IMG/VR virus record: IMGVR_UViG_3300045988_176499
Length of the DNA stretch: 40,514 nucleotides
Reading direction: 5' to 3' (one strand)
Source: a virus
Shown here: in pieces, positions 1-8,448 of the stretch
How the letters are laid out: each line of letters starts with the position of its first letter
Position numbering within the stretch: the stretch's first letter is position 1
Notes under the pieces: generated by a model
What the model saw: only the letters and a program-made list of their open reading frames with translations
Told to the model about the DNA's origin: nothing
Databases searched by the model: none
Translations under genes and position numbers: made by a program

Positions 1-251
1 AGCTGGTGGCCGTAGACGGCCGCCCCCGCGCAGAGGATGCCCTGCGTGACGGCTGTGAAAAGGCCGGTCACGCCGAAAGGCTCTCCGCCTCCGCCGATCC
101 AGCAGACGGCGAGCAGGATGCCGGCGCCGCCCAGGACGAGCGGAATCCACTTGTCCCGCAGGAAAGACGCCTCTTTGAGGATTTTTCCCAGCACCCAAAG
201 CACCGGCACGGTCAGCAGCAGCTCCGGGCGGATATACTCCAGCACATTCAT
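1..251 (-). CDS. Phage holin, 5' part (about 100 aa in total); the gene runs off the window start and continues at 40344-40395 across the circular junction
   Basis: Minus-strand ATG at 251 preceded by GGAGGAAA RBS. My own translation gives MNVLEYIRPELLLTVPVLWVLGKILKEASFLRDKWIPLVLGGAGILLAVCWIGGGGEPFGVTGLFTAVTQGILCAGAAVYGHQLIKQAGKDKDKDGDTHD with 2-3 hydrophobic TM segments. It lies immediately upstream of the endolysin, and its stop overlaps the endolysin start. Confidence 0.6.
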   Translation of the reverse strand, partial: MNVLEYIRPELLLTVPVLWVLGKILKEASFLRDKWIPLVLGGAGILLAVCWIGGGGEPFGVTGLFTAVTQGILCAGAAVYGHQ

Positions 252-252
252 C

Positions 253-471
253 TCAGTTTCCTCCCGCGGTTTCTTCCAGGTCGTGAATCCGGTGGTTGAT
301 GACCTTGATCTGCTCTTCCATGATGGGCATCCGCTCGGCAAAGCGGTTGTGCTTGTCTACCTTTTTCTCCAGCTGCTCCACCCGGTAGGATGTCAGGCGC
401 AGGCCGGAGTAGCTGCCGATCGCCGTTCCGAGCAGGGCAACGACGGCGCAGATGATGCTTGTCCAGTCCAT
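253..471 (-). CDS. Small single-TM membrane protein with coiled-coil tail (XhlA-like position directly upstream of holin)
   Basis: ORF 253..492 trimmed to the internal ATG at 471, which has an AGGAGGG RBS (MDWTSIICAVVALLGTAIGS...). Its stop overlaps the holin start. Confidence 0.5.
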   Translation of the reverse strand: MDWTSIICAVVALLGTAIGSYSGLRLTSYRVEQLEKKVDKHNRFAERMPIMEEQIKVINHRIHDLEETAGGN

Positions 472-507
472 TTTTTCCCTCCTGTTTGTCATTTCCGTTT
501 GTCATTT

Positions 508-726
508 TTATGCGCCGGGTTCCGTTTCTTCCGGCGGCAGGTCGTATTCCTCCCATGTGAGGTCGGTTTTCAGGCGGTATCCCTTGCCCGCTTCCTGCGG
601 GCAGGCCCGGATGACCGCCAGGATGGCGTCGTATTCCGCTTTCGTGATCGCCGTACCGCTCGAACCGGTACCGATGGCCAGCAGGTACGCACCATCGATC
701 TGCTTCCATCTTCTCATGCTCCTCAT
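508..726 (-). CDS. Hypothetical protein, 72 aa
   Basis: ORF on the late-operon strand. Its start overlaps the stop of the upstream gene (GCATGAGG), consistent with translational coupling. Confidence 0.35.
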   Translation of the reverse strand: MRSMRRWKQIDGAYLLAIGTGSSGTAITKAEYDAILAVIRACPQEAGKGYRLKTDLTWEEYDLPPEETEPGA

Positions 727-1259
727 GCGTCAAGCACCCCGCTTCCGACGGCAATCCAGTCATACGTCGCACCGCCGACCAGCTGATACCCGGTGCCGGC
801 GGCACACAGGCAGACGGTCTGTTCGTCGGCGGCGGACATCAGCAGGTTCCCGTTCGCTTCCTGAATGCTGTATAATGCGCTCAGCACTTTTTCGCTCGCC
901 AGCTTCGTTTCCACCACAATGTGGGACTGCGAAGCCATTTCGCCAAACCCGAAGCCCCCGCAATACCGCGGGGCAACCACCGTCACATGCGGTTCCATGC
1001 AGACGGCGAACAGCACCGGCACTTCGCCGAGACCGCGGTTCACAGCGTATGCCTTCGTATTGGATGCCGGTGTGAAGGAACCGGCCGCCGCATTCAGACC
1101 GCCCGCCGAAAGTGCTGCAACCGCGCTGACAAATCCGGACGGAAAGGTCAGCGGGGAGGCAAGCGGGTCGCCCAAATTGCCCTTTTCGCGGATGGCGTCG
1201 GCGATGGAGGACAGCCCGTTTTCCAGCGCGGTCGAATCGACTACTTTGTCATATGCCAC
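723..1259 (-). CDS. Hypothetical virion/tail-associated protein, about 178 aa
   Basis: ORF 723..1280, but the likely start is GTG at 1259, 9 nt after an AGGAGG RBS. This start overlaps the TAG stop of the collagen-like fibre gene by 1 nt. Confidence 0.45.
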   Translation of the reverse strand: MAYDKVVDSTALENGLSSIADAIREKGNLGDPLASPLTFPSGFVSAVAALSAGGLNAAAGSFTPASNTKAYAVNRGLGEVPVLFAVCMEPHVTVVAPRYCGGFGFGEMASQSHIVVETKLASEKVLSALYSIQEANGNLLMSAADEQTVCLCAAGTGYQLVGGATYDWIAVGSGVLDA

Positions 1260-2161
1260 TAAAAAGCGCCTCCTGTCCACGTCGGCAGCGCGGCAAGCAC
1301 CGCGTTTGTGATGGTTTGTTTATCGGCGTCGGTCAGGGTGTAGGGGTCGCCCTTTGCGCCGGGTGAACCGGTATCGCCTTTATCGCCTTTTGCGCCTCTT
1401 GGAATTGTGAAATTCAGGGTGGCGGCGGCGCTTGTGCCTGTGTTTTCCACACTGGCGTCTGTGCCGGGTTCACTGGTTGTGACCGTTCCAACGGTGATGG
1501 TTGCAGCGGCGCCGGGAGTTCCTTTTTCACCTTGAGAACCCTTTTCACCCTGATCACCTTTCGGACCTTTGAGCGCGGCGAGCTGGGCCTCTGTAAAATC
1601 CCCGTAGGTAAACGGGTCGCCTTTATCACCTTTTGAGCCGGGGCTTCCTGCCGCGCCGGGGTCGCCTTTATCCCCCTTGTCGCCTTTATCGCCCTTATCC
1701 CCTTTGTCGCCTTTGAAGCGGCCGGTTTGGGCTTCTTCATAGAGCGTATCGACGCGGGTCGTGCAGCTTTTGAGCTGTTGGTTGATCTGCTCGTAAATCG
1801 TCGGCGTCGGGTCGGACGGGATGCGGGCATCGCGGTAGGTGCCGCGCGCGACGCTCTGTGCGATGGGCTGCGTCGTGACGAGGGAACCGTCTGCGCCGAT
1901 GCCGGTGACGCCGATCTGAATATAGCCGTCCTTTTGCAGCAGCTCCCACGGGATGTCGCATTCGTTCGTATCGTCGAGCAGAATCTGGTACACGTCCGCC
2001 GCTTTGCTGCCGCGCCAGAACGTCGCCGTCCGGACGAGGTCTGCCCAGCTTTCGTCAAACGTGAACGCAACGCGGTCATAGTTGACGCATTTTTCGACGG
2101 TCAGCTCTGTCTTTTCGATTTTCAGGGTGGTTTTAGATACCGAAAGGCGCAAAAGATTCAC
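1259..2161 (-). CDS. Collagen-like tail fibre protein with a BppU-like N-terminal domain
   Basis: GTG start with a GGAAGGAGG RBS. Gly-X-Y repeats include GDKGDKGDKGDKGDKGDPGAAGSPGSKGDKGD, GPKGDQGEKGSQGEKGTPG and GAKGDKGDTGSPGAKGD. The N-terminal about 130 aa resemble the baseplate upper protein BppU N-domain. Confidence 0.7.
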   Translation of the reverse strand: MNLLRLSVSKTTLKIEKTELTVEKCVNYDRVAFTFDESWADLVRTATFWRGSKAADVYQILLDDTNECDIPWELLQKDGYIQIGVTGIGADGSLVTTQPIAQSVARGTYRDARIPSDPTPTIYEQINQQLKSCTTRVDTLYEEAQTGRFKGDKGDKGDKGDKGDKGDPGAAGSPGSKGDKGDPFTYGDFTEAQLAALKGPKGDQGEKGSQGEKGTPGAAATITVGTVTTSEPGTDASVENTGTSAAATLNFTIPRGAKGDKGDTGSPGAKGDPYTLTDADKQTITNAVLAALPTWTGGAF

Positions 2162-2531
2162 GCTTGCCGCCTCCTTCCGTGACGATTCTGCACACCGCGC
2201 GGTCGCATTCGGCGATGGCGTTCAGGTAATCCTGCCGGTACATGGCGAGCTGTGCGTTGTCGCAGTCCTCCGAAAAGAGCCTCGCGACAAGCCCCTTCGG
2301 GATGACGCGGACGACCAGCTCTTCGTCGTATGGGAGTTCGTCGTCCAGCGCGTCGATCTGCGGCAGGCTGCGGAACGGCTCCTCGCCGCGGAATTCGCGT
2401 CTGCGGTTGGCGACGTCATACAGTTCGCCGAGGATGACGTTGAGCCACGATTTTGCCGTTGCGGTATAGATGGAAACGTCCGTTTCGTGGACGATGTTTG
2501 CTGCGGTTTCGAGTGCTTCTCTGCCGGTCAT
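2133..2531 (-). CDS. Hypothetical protein, 132 aa (tail-fibre-associated position)
   Basis: ORF with a GAGGAAGGTGA RBS ahead of the ATG at 2531. Confidence 0.45.
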   Translation of the reverse strand: MTGREALETAANIVHETDVSIYTATAKSWLNVILGELYDVANRRREFRGEEPFRSLPQIDALDDELPYDEELVVRVIPKGLVARLFSEDCDNAQLAMYRQDYLNAIAECDRAVCRIVTEGGGKRESFAPFGI

Positions 2532-3106
2532 GCGTTTTCACCTTCCTCTGCTGGATATCCGATGGCGCCCTTGGAAACGTACCAGTAGCCGTCGGAGTGT
2601 CTGCCGTTCGCCGGGTAATCGCCGGGATTGCCGTTGACGATGCCGTAGGAAATGTTGCCCTTGACATAGACCGTTTCACCGGAATCCACAGGGACAACCT
2701 GATAAGTGTTGACCTGCATGACGCCGTTCTGGATGCCTGCCAGTTCCTGAAACGATTTGTACATGGTGACGGTGTCCTGACCGTAGGCGCCCCCGACGCC
2801 AAAATACCGGTATCCTCCGTTGTACAGGTCTTCAAGCGGATAGTTTGCGACTGTGAGTTCATCTGCGAACTGAATCCCCCAGTAGTAATAGCCGGAAATG
2901 CGCCTGTAGTACACGCCGTTGACTTTTTCGAGCGTGATGAGCGATGTGCCGGTTTTCTGCAATCCGGCGACGGTCTGGCTCTCCTTGATGCAGTCGAACT
3001 TTTCCCAGTTATATTTGTTCCAGACGAGCTTTTCGCCCTGATAGATGCGCTTGATTTTATCCGTGCCGAGGCGCGCGTCTTTGATGGCGGTGAAGTCGAT
3101 GTTCAT
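2528..3106 (-). CDS. Putative tail fibre or receptor-binding protein, 192 aa, rich in Tyr, Gly and Trp
   Basis: ORF lying between structural genes. The composition is beta-rich and aromatic. Confidence 0.4.
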   Translation of the reverse strand: MNIDFTAIKDARLGTDKIKRIYQGEKLVWNKYNWEKFDCIKESQTVAGLQKTGTSLITLEKVNGVYYRRISGYYYWGIQFADELTVANYPLEDLYNGGYRYFGVGGAYGQDTVTMYKSFQELAGIQNGVMQVNTYQVVPVDSGETVYVKGNISYGIVNGNPGDYPANGRHSDGYWYVSKGAIGYPAEEGENA

Positions 3107-3288
3107 TCTTTCACCAGATACAGCGTTTGGCTGTCCTTTGATGTGAGGGCGTTGTACGCCGCTTCGGTCAGAACGACCGTCGGCGGCAGCGTGCCGGTCA
3201 CGCCTTGAATCGTGACGCCCTTTTTGATGTTTTCCGCTTTGACGTTCGCGTCTTTCGGCGCGCCGCCGGTTAAGTTATAGACTGCCAT
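3103..3288 (-). CDS. Small hypothetical protein, 61 aa
   Basis: ATG at 3288 with an AGGAGGG RBS. Confidence 0.4.
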   Translation of the reverse strand: MAVYNLTGGAPKDANVKAENIKKGVTIQGVTGTLPPTVVLTEAAYNALTSKDSQTLYLVKE

Positions 3289-3297
3289 GTGACCCTC

Positions 3298-5217
3298 CTA
3301 TATTCTTGCGGGGCGGAGCTTATGGAAGCGTTTGACGATGCCGTAGACGCCGAAGCCTTCGTTCGGCTTGTTGTTTTCCACGACGATCTGACAGGTTTTA
3401 TACCGTTTGATTTTCCGGTTCATGGGGATGACCTGCGAGCTGTCATTGGTTTCAAACGTGAAGCTGTCGAAGTCGATGTCCGAGAAGTCGAAGATATTTG
3501 TGCGCTCCGATTTGACGCTGACGCCGAAGTCGTGGTCGGTGCGGATGGCGACGGACGCGCCGGAGCGGGTATAGGGCTTGATCATGATCGCCGTGCCGCG
3601 GAGCGGGATGCTCTTCAGCAGGGCGAAGTTGCCGTCGTCGTCCGCTTTGGTCGCCCAGCGCGCCGGGATGGCTGCGCCGTCGTCGGAGAAGCGGGACATG
3701 CCGGTTTCGTCGGTCTTGAATCTGCAAATTCTGCCGTCGGGCGTTCCGAACCAGAGCGAACCGCCGCATTCGAGCCAGCAGCGGGCGGGGATATTTGTCC
3801 AGTAGTAGCATTCATAGACGTAGTCGCCTCTGGACTGCGGCTTATACGATTTATACTGTTTGCCGTCCAGAACATAGCAGCGGCCGTTCAGCGCGAGCAG
3901 ATAGTAGCCGTTCCATTCGACGGCAGCCGCTTCGGCGAGGTTCGGCTCTTTGGTGAGCTGCGCGTCGATGAAATAGCTGCGGTTTTGCAGCGCGTAATGC
4001 GAACCCATGTCCTGAGACGCGATGCCGGTGATGCCGGTTTCGGAGAGAAACAGCCCTTCGTCGCCGAGGTTCGCAATGCTGTACATGCCTGCCGCGCCTG
4101 CGCCCGAGACACCCTGCGAGAGGCTGAACACGGCCTTGCCGTTTGCATCCGTCCCTGCGCTGCGGAGAAAGACCGTCGCGTCGGCGCTGTTGGTCGATTT
4201 GAGGATCGCCTGATACTGGTTGATGCGCCGGTAGCCCATGACGGCGTTGGCGTCGCTCCCGATGTAGGCAAACGACGTGTCCGGGACATATGCCGGGTCC
4301 GGGCGGTAATCCGGTGCGTGAATCTCGCAGTGCCAGTCGACATTGGGCTTATCCGGATGACCGGAGAAGAAAATGCGTTCGCCCATGTCGCCGCCGAACC
4401 CGTAGCTTGCGGCAAACCGGCATTTGCGGATGGTGTCGGCGTATCCTTCGACGGTCGCGGTGAAGGCGATTTCCACATTGTCCTCGCCGGTGATCGTCGG
4501 TTTTGCCGGGGCGGTCGAAAATTTGACCTTGCCGGCGGTCAGGTCGACGGTGTACGCGCTGGTTTCCTGCACGGTTCCATTGACCTTGACTTCGGAGACG
4601 CCGGTAATCGGGGCGGTGTCAAGCTGGTAATCTTTGGAGGTGCCGTCTGCCTGAAAGGCGTTCCGCCGTTTCGGTGTGAGCAGGTTGACGCCTTCCAGCG
4701 TCTGACCGCCGCCTGCCGGAGGTGCACTGAATGTGGTCAGCGGGGCATATGCAACGGTGGAGACGTCGGCGAGTGTCTGTCCGTCATAGACAAGATATTC
4801 GCTGCCGGTGAGAATCCAGAGTTTCCCGGCGCAGGTAAACGATGTGCTGCGGGCGTCTGCGTATGTGCCGGTCAGCGCGGTCAGCGCTTCCGCAGCCGTG
4901 TCCCAGCCTGTCCATTGGTACAGCTTTGTCCCGATGTGGACGAGACGAACCTCGCCGGATGACAGCACGGCGCGGTGAATGCCGTTGACCCTGCCGGGGC
5001 TTCCAGCGGTGTAATCCGCTTCCGGCTGTTCGACGACGGTCTTCCAGCCGTGACGCTTTTCCGGATAACCGCCGGTGTCGGAGATCAGGTTCGGGGCGTC
5101 CGGGCTGCGGGTGGTGTCGATGAGCGCCGGGTCGGTGGACATGTCCACGCCGCGAAACTTATCGTAGATGGTGGTATACGACGCCGGGCTTGAGCCGGTT
5201 GGAATGCTGATGGGCAT
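3298..5217 (-). CDS. Large virion structural protein (tail, tailspike or baseplate-like with an Ig-like region), about 639 aa
   Basis: ORF 3298..5268, but the likely start is ATG at 5217 (MPISIPTG...) preceded by an AAGGAGGA RBS. It is beta-rich and contains an Ig-like segment (TAPITGVSEVKVNGTVQETSAYTVDLTAGKVKF). It is the first gene of the late operon. Confidence 0.5.
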   Translation of the reverse strand: MPISIPTGSSPASYTTIYDKFRGVDMSTDPALIDTTRSPDAPNLISDTGGYPEKRHGWKTVVEQPEADYTAGSPGRVNGIHRAVLSSGEVRLVHIGTKLYQWTGWDTAAEALTALTGTYADARSTSFTCAGKLWILTGSEYLVYDGQTLADVSTVAYAPLTTFSAPPAGGGQTLEGVNLLTPKRRNAFQADGTSKDYQLDTAPITGVSEVKVNGTVQETSAYTVDLTAGKVKFSTAPAKPTITGEDNVEIAFTATVEGYADTIRKCRFAASYGFGGDMGERIFFSGHPDKPNVDWHCEIHAPDYRPDPAYVPDTSFAYIGSDANAVMGYRRINQYQAILKSTNSADATVFLRSAGTDANGKAVFSLSQGVSGAGAAGMYSIANLGDEGLFLSETGITGIASQDMGSHYALQNRSYFIDAQLTKEPNLAEAAAVEWNGYYLLALNGRCYVLDGKQYKSYKPQSRGDYVYECYYWTNIPARCWLECGGSLWFGTPDGRICRFKTDETGMSRFSDDGAAIPARWATKADDDGNFALLKSIPLRGTAIMIKPYTRSGASVAIRTDHDFGVSVKSERTNIFDFSDIDFDSFTFETNDSSQVIPMNRKIKRYKTCQIVVENNKPNEGFGVYGIVKRFHKLRPARI

Positions 5218-5238
5218 GGGCGCGTCCTCCTTTGGTGT

Positions 5239-5261
5239 TTTATGGTATATAACCATAAAAT
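5239..5261. promoter_or_regulatory. Perfect 8-bp inverted repeat TTTTATGG-tatataa-CCATAAAA just upstream of the RBS of the first late gene
   Basis: Read directly from the sequence. It sits at the 5' end of the structural operon in the 5218-5433 intergenic region. Confidence 0.4.
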
Positions 5262-5433
5262 CAGTCAAAAATCAAGTTATTTCGGCGTGGTTGGCTGTTG
5301 TATGTAGGAATATAAAGTGCAAAAACAGCGAAAACGCACAAAAGAGGAAATTCCGCATTTTTGGCAACAAAAAAAGACCGCAGTGACGAATCACTACGAT
5401 CTTCTTTTGTGGGCGTGTTAAGCTCACACAGCA

Positions 5434-5757
5434 TCAGAGCGAGAAGTCGCACGGAACATCCAGCTTCGGATTGCAGCAGATCATGGCGATCAGCAGCCGG
5501 ACGTGATAGGGCATGGGTCTGTGATCAGCCGTCCAGTTTTCGATGGTTCGCACAGGAATCTGAGTCATCGCGCTGAGTGATCGGAGCGTATACCCCGTGG
5601 CATAAATCAGATCTCGTTGCGGAGCGTGTGCCATGGCATAAATACTGCGGAGCTCCGCAGCATCAGCATACTCTGCATACTGCTTAACGAAAATCAGCTG
5701 CGGGGCTTCACAAGCACATGCCTCGCGAAACAGGGCGCAAAAGGTGGCTTTATCCAC
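5434..5757 (-). CDS. HTH-containing small protein, 107 aa (possible antitoxin or regulator)
   Basis: GTG start with a GAGGAGG RBS overlapping the stop of the upstream gene. The segment TGYTLRSLSAMTQIPVRTIENW is HTH-like. Confidence 0.4.
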   Translation of the reverse strand: MDKATFCALFREACACEAPQLIFVKQYAEYADAAELRSIYAMAHAPQRDLIYATGYTLRSLSAMTQIPVRTIENWTADHRPMPYHVRLLIAMICCNPKLDVPCDFSL

Positions 5758-5760
5758 TAC

Positions 5761-6054
5761 TCACACCTCCTCTTTCAACAGCATGTATGAAAACATTTTT
5801 GAAATGTTCTGGTCAAACGCATCACCGCTTCGCACGACAAACGCTCGATCATCTACGATGCGGAAAACGTGAAAAATCGCATTGTCCAGTGCAATGATGT
5901 ATTTCGGGAAGAATTTTTCGTATGCAGCTTCCGCTTTCCTTTCTCGCTTGATATCCGCTTTGAACGGGAGAATCAGGTCGCCGGGATACAGAATTTTTGC
6001 AGCCGGCAGCTGGCTCTGAATGCTGTCGATGTACGCCTGCGGAATTTTCTTCAT
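5761..6054 (-). CDS. Putative RelE/ParE-superfamily toxin-like protein, 97 aa
   Basis: The C-terminal segment FHVFRIVDDRAFVVRSGDA resembles the RelE/ParE motif R-[IV]-G-D-Y-R-[IV]-I-Y. It pairs with the downstream HTH gene in a HigB/HigA-like order. Confidence 0.3.
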   Translation of the reverse strand: MKKIPQAYIDSIQSQLPAAKILYPGDLILPFKADIKRERKAEAAYEKFFPKYIIALDNAIFHVFRIVDDRAFVVRSGDAFDQNISKMFSYMLLKEEV

Positions 6055-6114
6055 GTGTATCTTCCTTTCGGTTGTGCCCCGGCAAGGATGAACCCTGCCG
6101 GGGTGTAGCTGTTT

Positions 6115-6690
6115 CTATCCTATCTGTTTCAGCACAGGTGTTAGCAGTAAATAACGGACGAGCTGTTTGGCACTAATCCCGCAGACAAATGGGCATTTCA
6201 GCTCTCCGGCTTCGCCGCGAACCAAAACCAAATACTTTTCATCCACGCATTTGGTGATAAACATTGTGCAAAAAAAACAGTCCTCGTAAACCAGAGATGC
6301 CTTCTGAATATCCTCTTCGTCCTCATTTACTGTGGTATCCGATTTCAGCACATCGATGAGGTCATTAGGGTACAGGATTTTCGATTTCCGGCCAACCAGT
6401 TTTTCGATTAAAACCTCGTCATCTATGTCCTTTGGGACAATCCAATCAAGCTTCGACTCGGCAATAAGCCTGTCGGTGCTGCGAATCGCGGCTGCCCATC
6501 GTTGCGTTTCATCCGCACACTCATCTGGGTCGTGGTGCAAAAGCCACCGCCATGCAGCCGTCCACGCATACCACTGCACAGATGTCCCATCTGGCACAAT
6601 TCTGCTGGCTGCACAAATGTCGCGATCATCCTCAGATATGATCGCGTTCAAGCAGCCATACTTGTCTTCATAAATACGCGTCGTTCTCAT
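6115..6690 (-). CDS. Hypothetical protein, about 191 aa
   Basis: ORF 6115..6702, but ATG at 6690 with an AAAGGTGAG RBS is the preferred start. Confidence 0.4.
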   Translation of the reverse strand: MRTTRIYEDKYGCLNAIISEDDRDICAASRIVPDGTSVQWYAWTAAWRWLLHHDPDECADETQRWAAAIRSTDRLIAESKLDWIVPKDIDDEVLIEKLVGRKSKILYPNDLIDVLKSDTTVNEDEEDIQKASLVYEDCFFCTMFITKCVDEKYLVLVRGEAGELKCPFVCGISAKQLVRYLLLTPVLKQIG

Positions 6691-6710
6691 TTTTTTACTC
6701 ACCTTTCTGG

Positions 6711-6929
6711 CTATCGCCAGTAAATATTTCGAAGCACGCTATATCGTGCTTTGATTCCGGAGACGCTGTAAAGTCCCTTCCCATCGGATTTGTACGGATA
6801 TACGGCTACGCCTTTGTCAAGATCGACACCACGCATCAAACGGCCGTCCTCCACAAGGAACTGAAATCCGTCTCCGTGACTATGCCATCCGTCCATGTAA
6901 ACCGTGCGTTTTTTCTTTTCGATTTCCAT
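6711..6929 (-). CDS. Hypothetical protein, 72 aa
   Basis: ATG with a GAGGAGAG RBS. Confidence 0.4.
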   Translation of the reverse strand: MEIEKKKRTVYMDGWHSHGDGFQFLVEDGRLMRGVDLDKGVAVYPYKSDGKGLYSVSGIKARYSVLRNIYWR

Positions 6930-7005
6930 AAAATTCTCTCCTCGCTTTTCTGTATGTAGGGGCGGTTGCCCGCCCCTTGTGATTGTGACTGCTTACAAAC
7001 GGCGA

Positions 7006-7290
7006 TTAATCTTCGTTTGGTTCCTCGATCATGTCTATCAGCGCAGTCAACGCTGCAACATATTCCGGATTGCTCAAGCTTTCAGCATCAGAGATATCAT
7101 CCGGATCCGCGTCTTCGGTTAATCCTAAATCTTCGAGCGTGATTTCCACGCTGAATTTGCGTTTCCCGCCAATGTGCACCAGATCACCGTTATCATCCAG
7201 CTGTGCAAGATACTCCACAGTGCTTCCATCCACATAATGTGGGCAACGGCCAATGTACTCGTCCATTTCGTTCAGTGTGATTTTTTTCAT
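7006..7290 (-). CDS. Hypothetical acidic protein, 94 aa
   Basis: ATG with an AAAGGAGAG RBS. Confidence 0.4.
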   Translation of the reverse strand: MKKITLNEMDEYIGRCPHYVDGSTVEYLAQLDDNGDLVHIGGKRKFSVEITLEDLGLTEDADPDDISDAESLSNPEYVAALTALIDMIEEPNED

Positions 7291-7411
7291 TTTTTTGCTC
7301 TCCTTTACTTTTTTTTGCGTGTCCGGGCTTGTGACCGGGCTGCCGCATTACCAGCCCCGGAGGGCTGTCACTCTGCGTGTGTGGTGTCGAGGCGGTAGAT
7401 ATCATAAGTGC

Positions 7412-7696
7412 TCACGGCGTTTCCTCCTTTGGCTCATCATAGACGAGGTAGATGTCTCCGCTGCCCTCCCAGCTTACGGTTTCAATGGCTTTAAGCTCGG
7501 TGACGAGCCATGCGGCTTCCCCCATTGCTGCGGCGACATACTTGGCTGGAACCCTCCTGCGCTTTGTAGGGCGGCTCCATCCCCGGGATTTTACTTCGCC
7601 GTAGGTGATGTTTTTTTTCAAGGCCAGGAATGCTGCGGGGCTCTGAGCGTCCATGCCGACGGTGATGCCGTCGAACTGCGTCATGTAGAGGTGCAT
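7412..7696 (-). CDS. Hypothetical protein, about 95 aa
   Basis: ORF 7412..7726 trimmed to the start at 7696 (MHLYMTQFDG). That start overlaps the stop of the upstream gene (AAGTGATGCAC). Confidence 0.35.
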   Translation of the reverse strand: MHLYMTQFDGITVGMDAQSPAAFLALKKNITYGEVKSRGWSRPTKRRRVPAKYVAAAMGEAAWLVTELKAIETVSWEGSGDIYLVYDEPKEETP

Positions 7697-8064
7697 CACT
7701 TGTCGCTCGCCTCCTCTGCGGGCCACCAGCCGATGTCGTCGGCGACGGCTGCCATGTAGTCGGCGAGGGCCATCTCACTGCGCGCCAGCTCGATCTCTCC
7801 GTCCTCGGTGTCCTGGGTGATCCATGCGCGCATGTGCTCACCGGATGCGATAGCTTTTCGGACGGCTGCGGCATCCTCTCTATACTCCTCTACGGCGTAC
7901 TCTTCATAGATCCACTCGCTTTTCATCCGCTCCATCTGGTATGCCAGATCGTCCGCGCTCTGGATGCGGTAGGTGCTCTCGCGGTTGCACTCGCCGTGCT
8001 CTGGATCCCATGTGGTAAAGTGCAGCATGGTGTACGGGATTTTTTCTGCTTTTTGGGTTTTCAT
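7696..8064 (-). CDS. Hypothetical protein, 122 aa
   Basis: ATG with a GGAAAGGG RBS. Confidence 0.4.
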   Translation of the reverse strand: MKTQKAEKIPYTMLHFTTWDPEHGECNRESTYRIQSADDLAYQMERMKSEWIYEEYAVEEYREDAAAVRKAIASGEHMRAWITQDTEDGEIELARSEMALADYMAAVADDIGWWPAEEASDK

Positions 8065-8139
8065 GATTTTCGCCCTTTCCTATATGATACTTTTTTTCGG
8101 TGCCGGGCGGGGGTGGACGGGCCCCGCCCGGGTGTTTGG

Positions 8140-8448
8140 TTAGATCGTCGTGCGCTCCAGCTCAGCCAGCATCAGGCGAGCGCGGGTCGCGTCGTGCAGT
8201 CGCTGCGCTTGCTTGGCGTCTGCCAGACTGTCGTCCGGCTCGACTTTGAGCATCTGCATCAGCGATCTGATCGCGCCGGTCTCACCGAGCAGCAGCGCAC
8301 ACTCTCGGTCGCTACTCTCTGCGAGCGTAAGCTCCTGTCTGCTCTTGCAGCTCTGCGCCAGCTTGCTGCGCCTCATCTCGTATGCCAGCTGCGCATCAGC
8401 CAGCCGCACTTGCAGGATCCATGCGATTTTTTTTGCAGTCATAGGCAT
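8140..8448 (-). CDS. Hypothetical protein, 102 aa; first gene of the accessory operon
   Basis: ATG with an AAGGAGGA RBS immediately after the 1.6-kb non-coding region. Confidence 0.4.
   Translation of the reverse strand: MPMTAKKIAWILQVRLADAQLAYEMRRSKLAQSCKSRQELTLAESSDRECALLLGETGAIRSLMQMLKVEPDDSLADAKQAQRLHDATRARLMLAELERTTI

Noticed and set aside
3289-4962. Long plus-strand ORFs at 3289-4962 (557 aa), 11782-12909 (375 aa), 33530-34696 (388 aa), 38252-39448 (398 aa), 37-786 and 2453-3208, among others
   Set aside because: They lie entirely antisense to well-supported minus-strand genes with good RBSs. Their translations are Arg/Gly/Ala/Pro-rich low-complexity sequence typical of shadow ORFs in high-GC DNA, and none has a plausible RBS.
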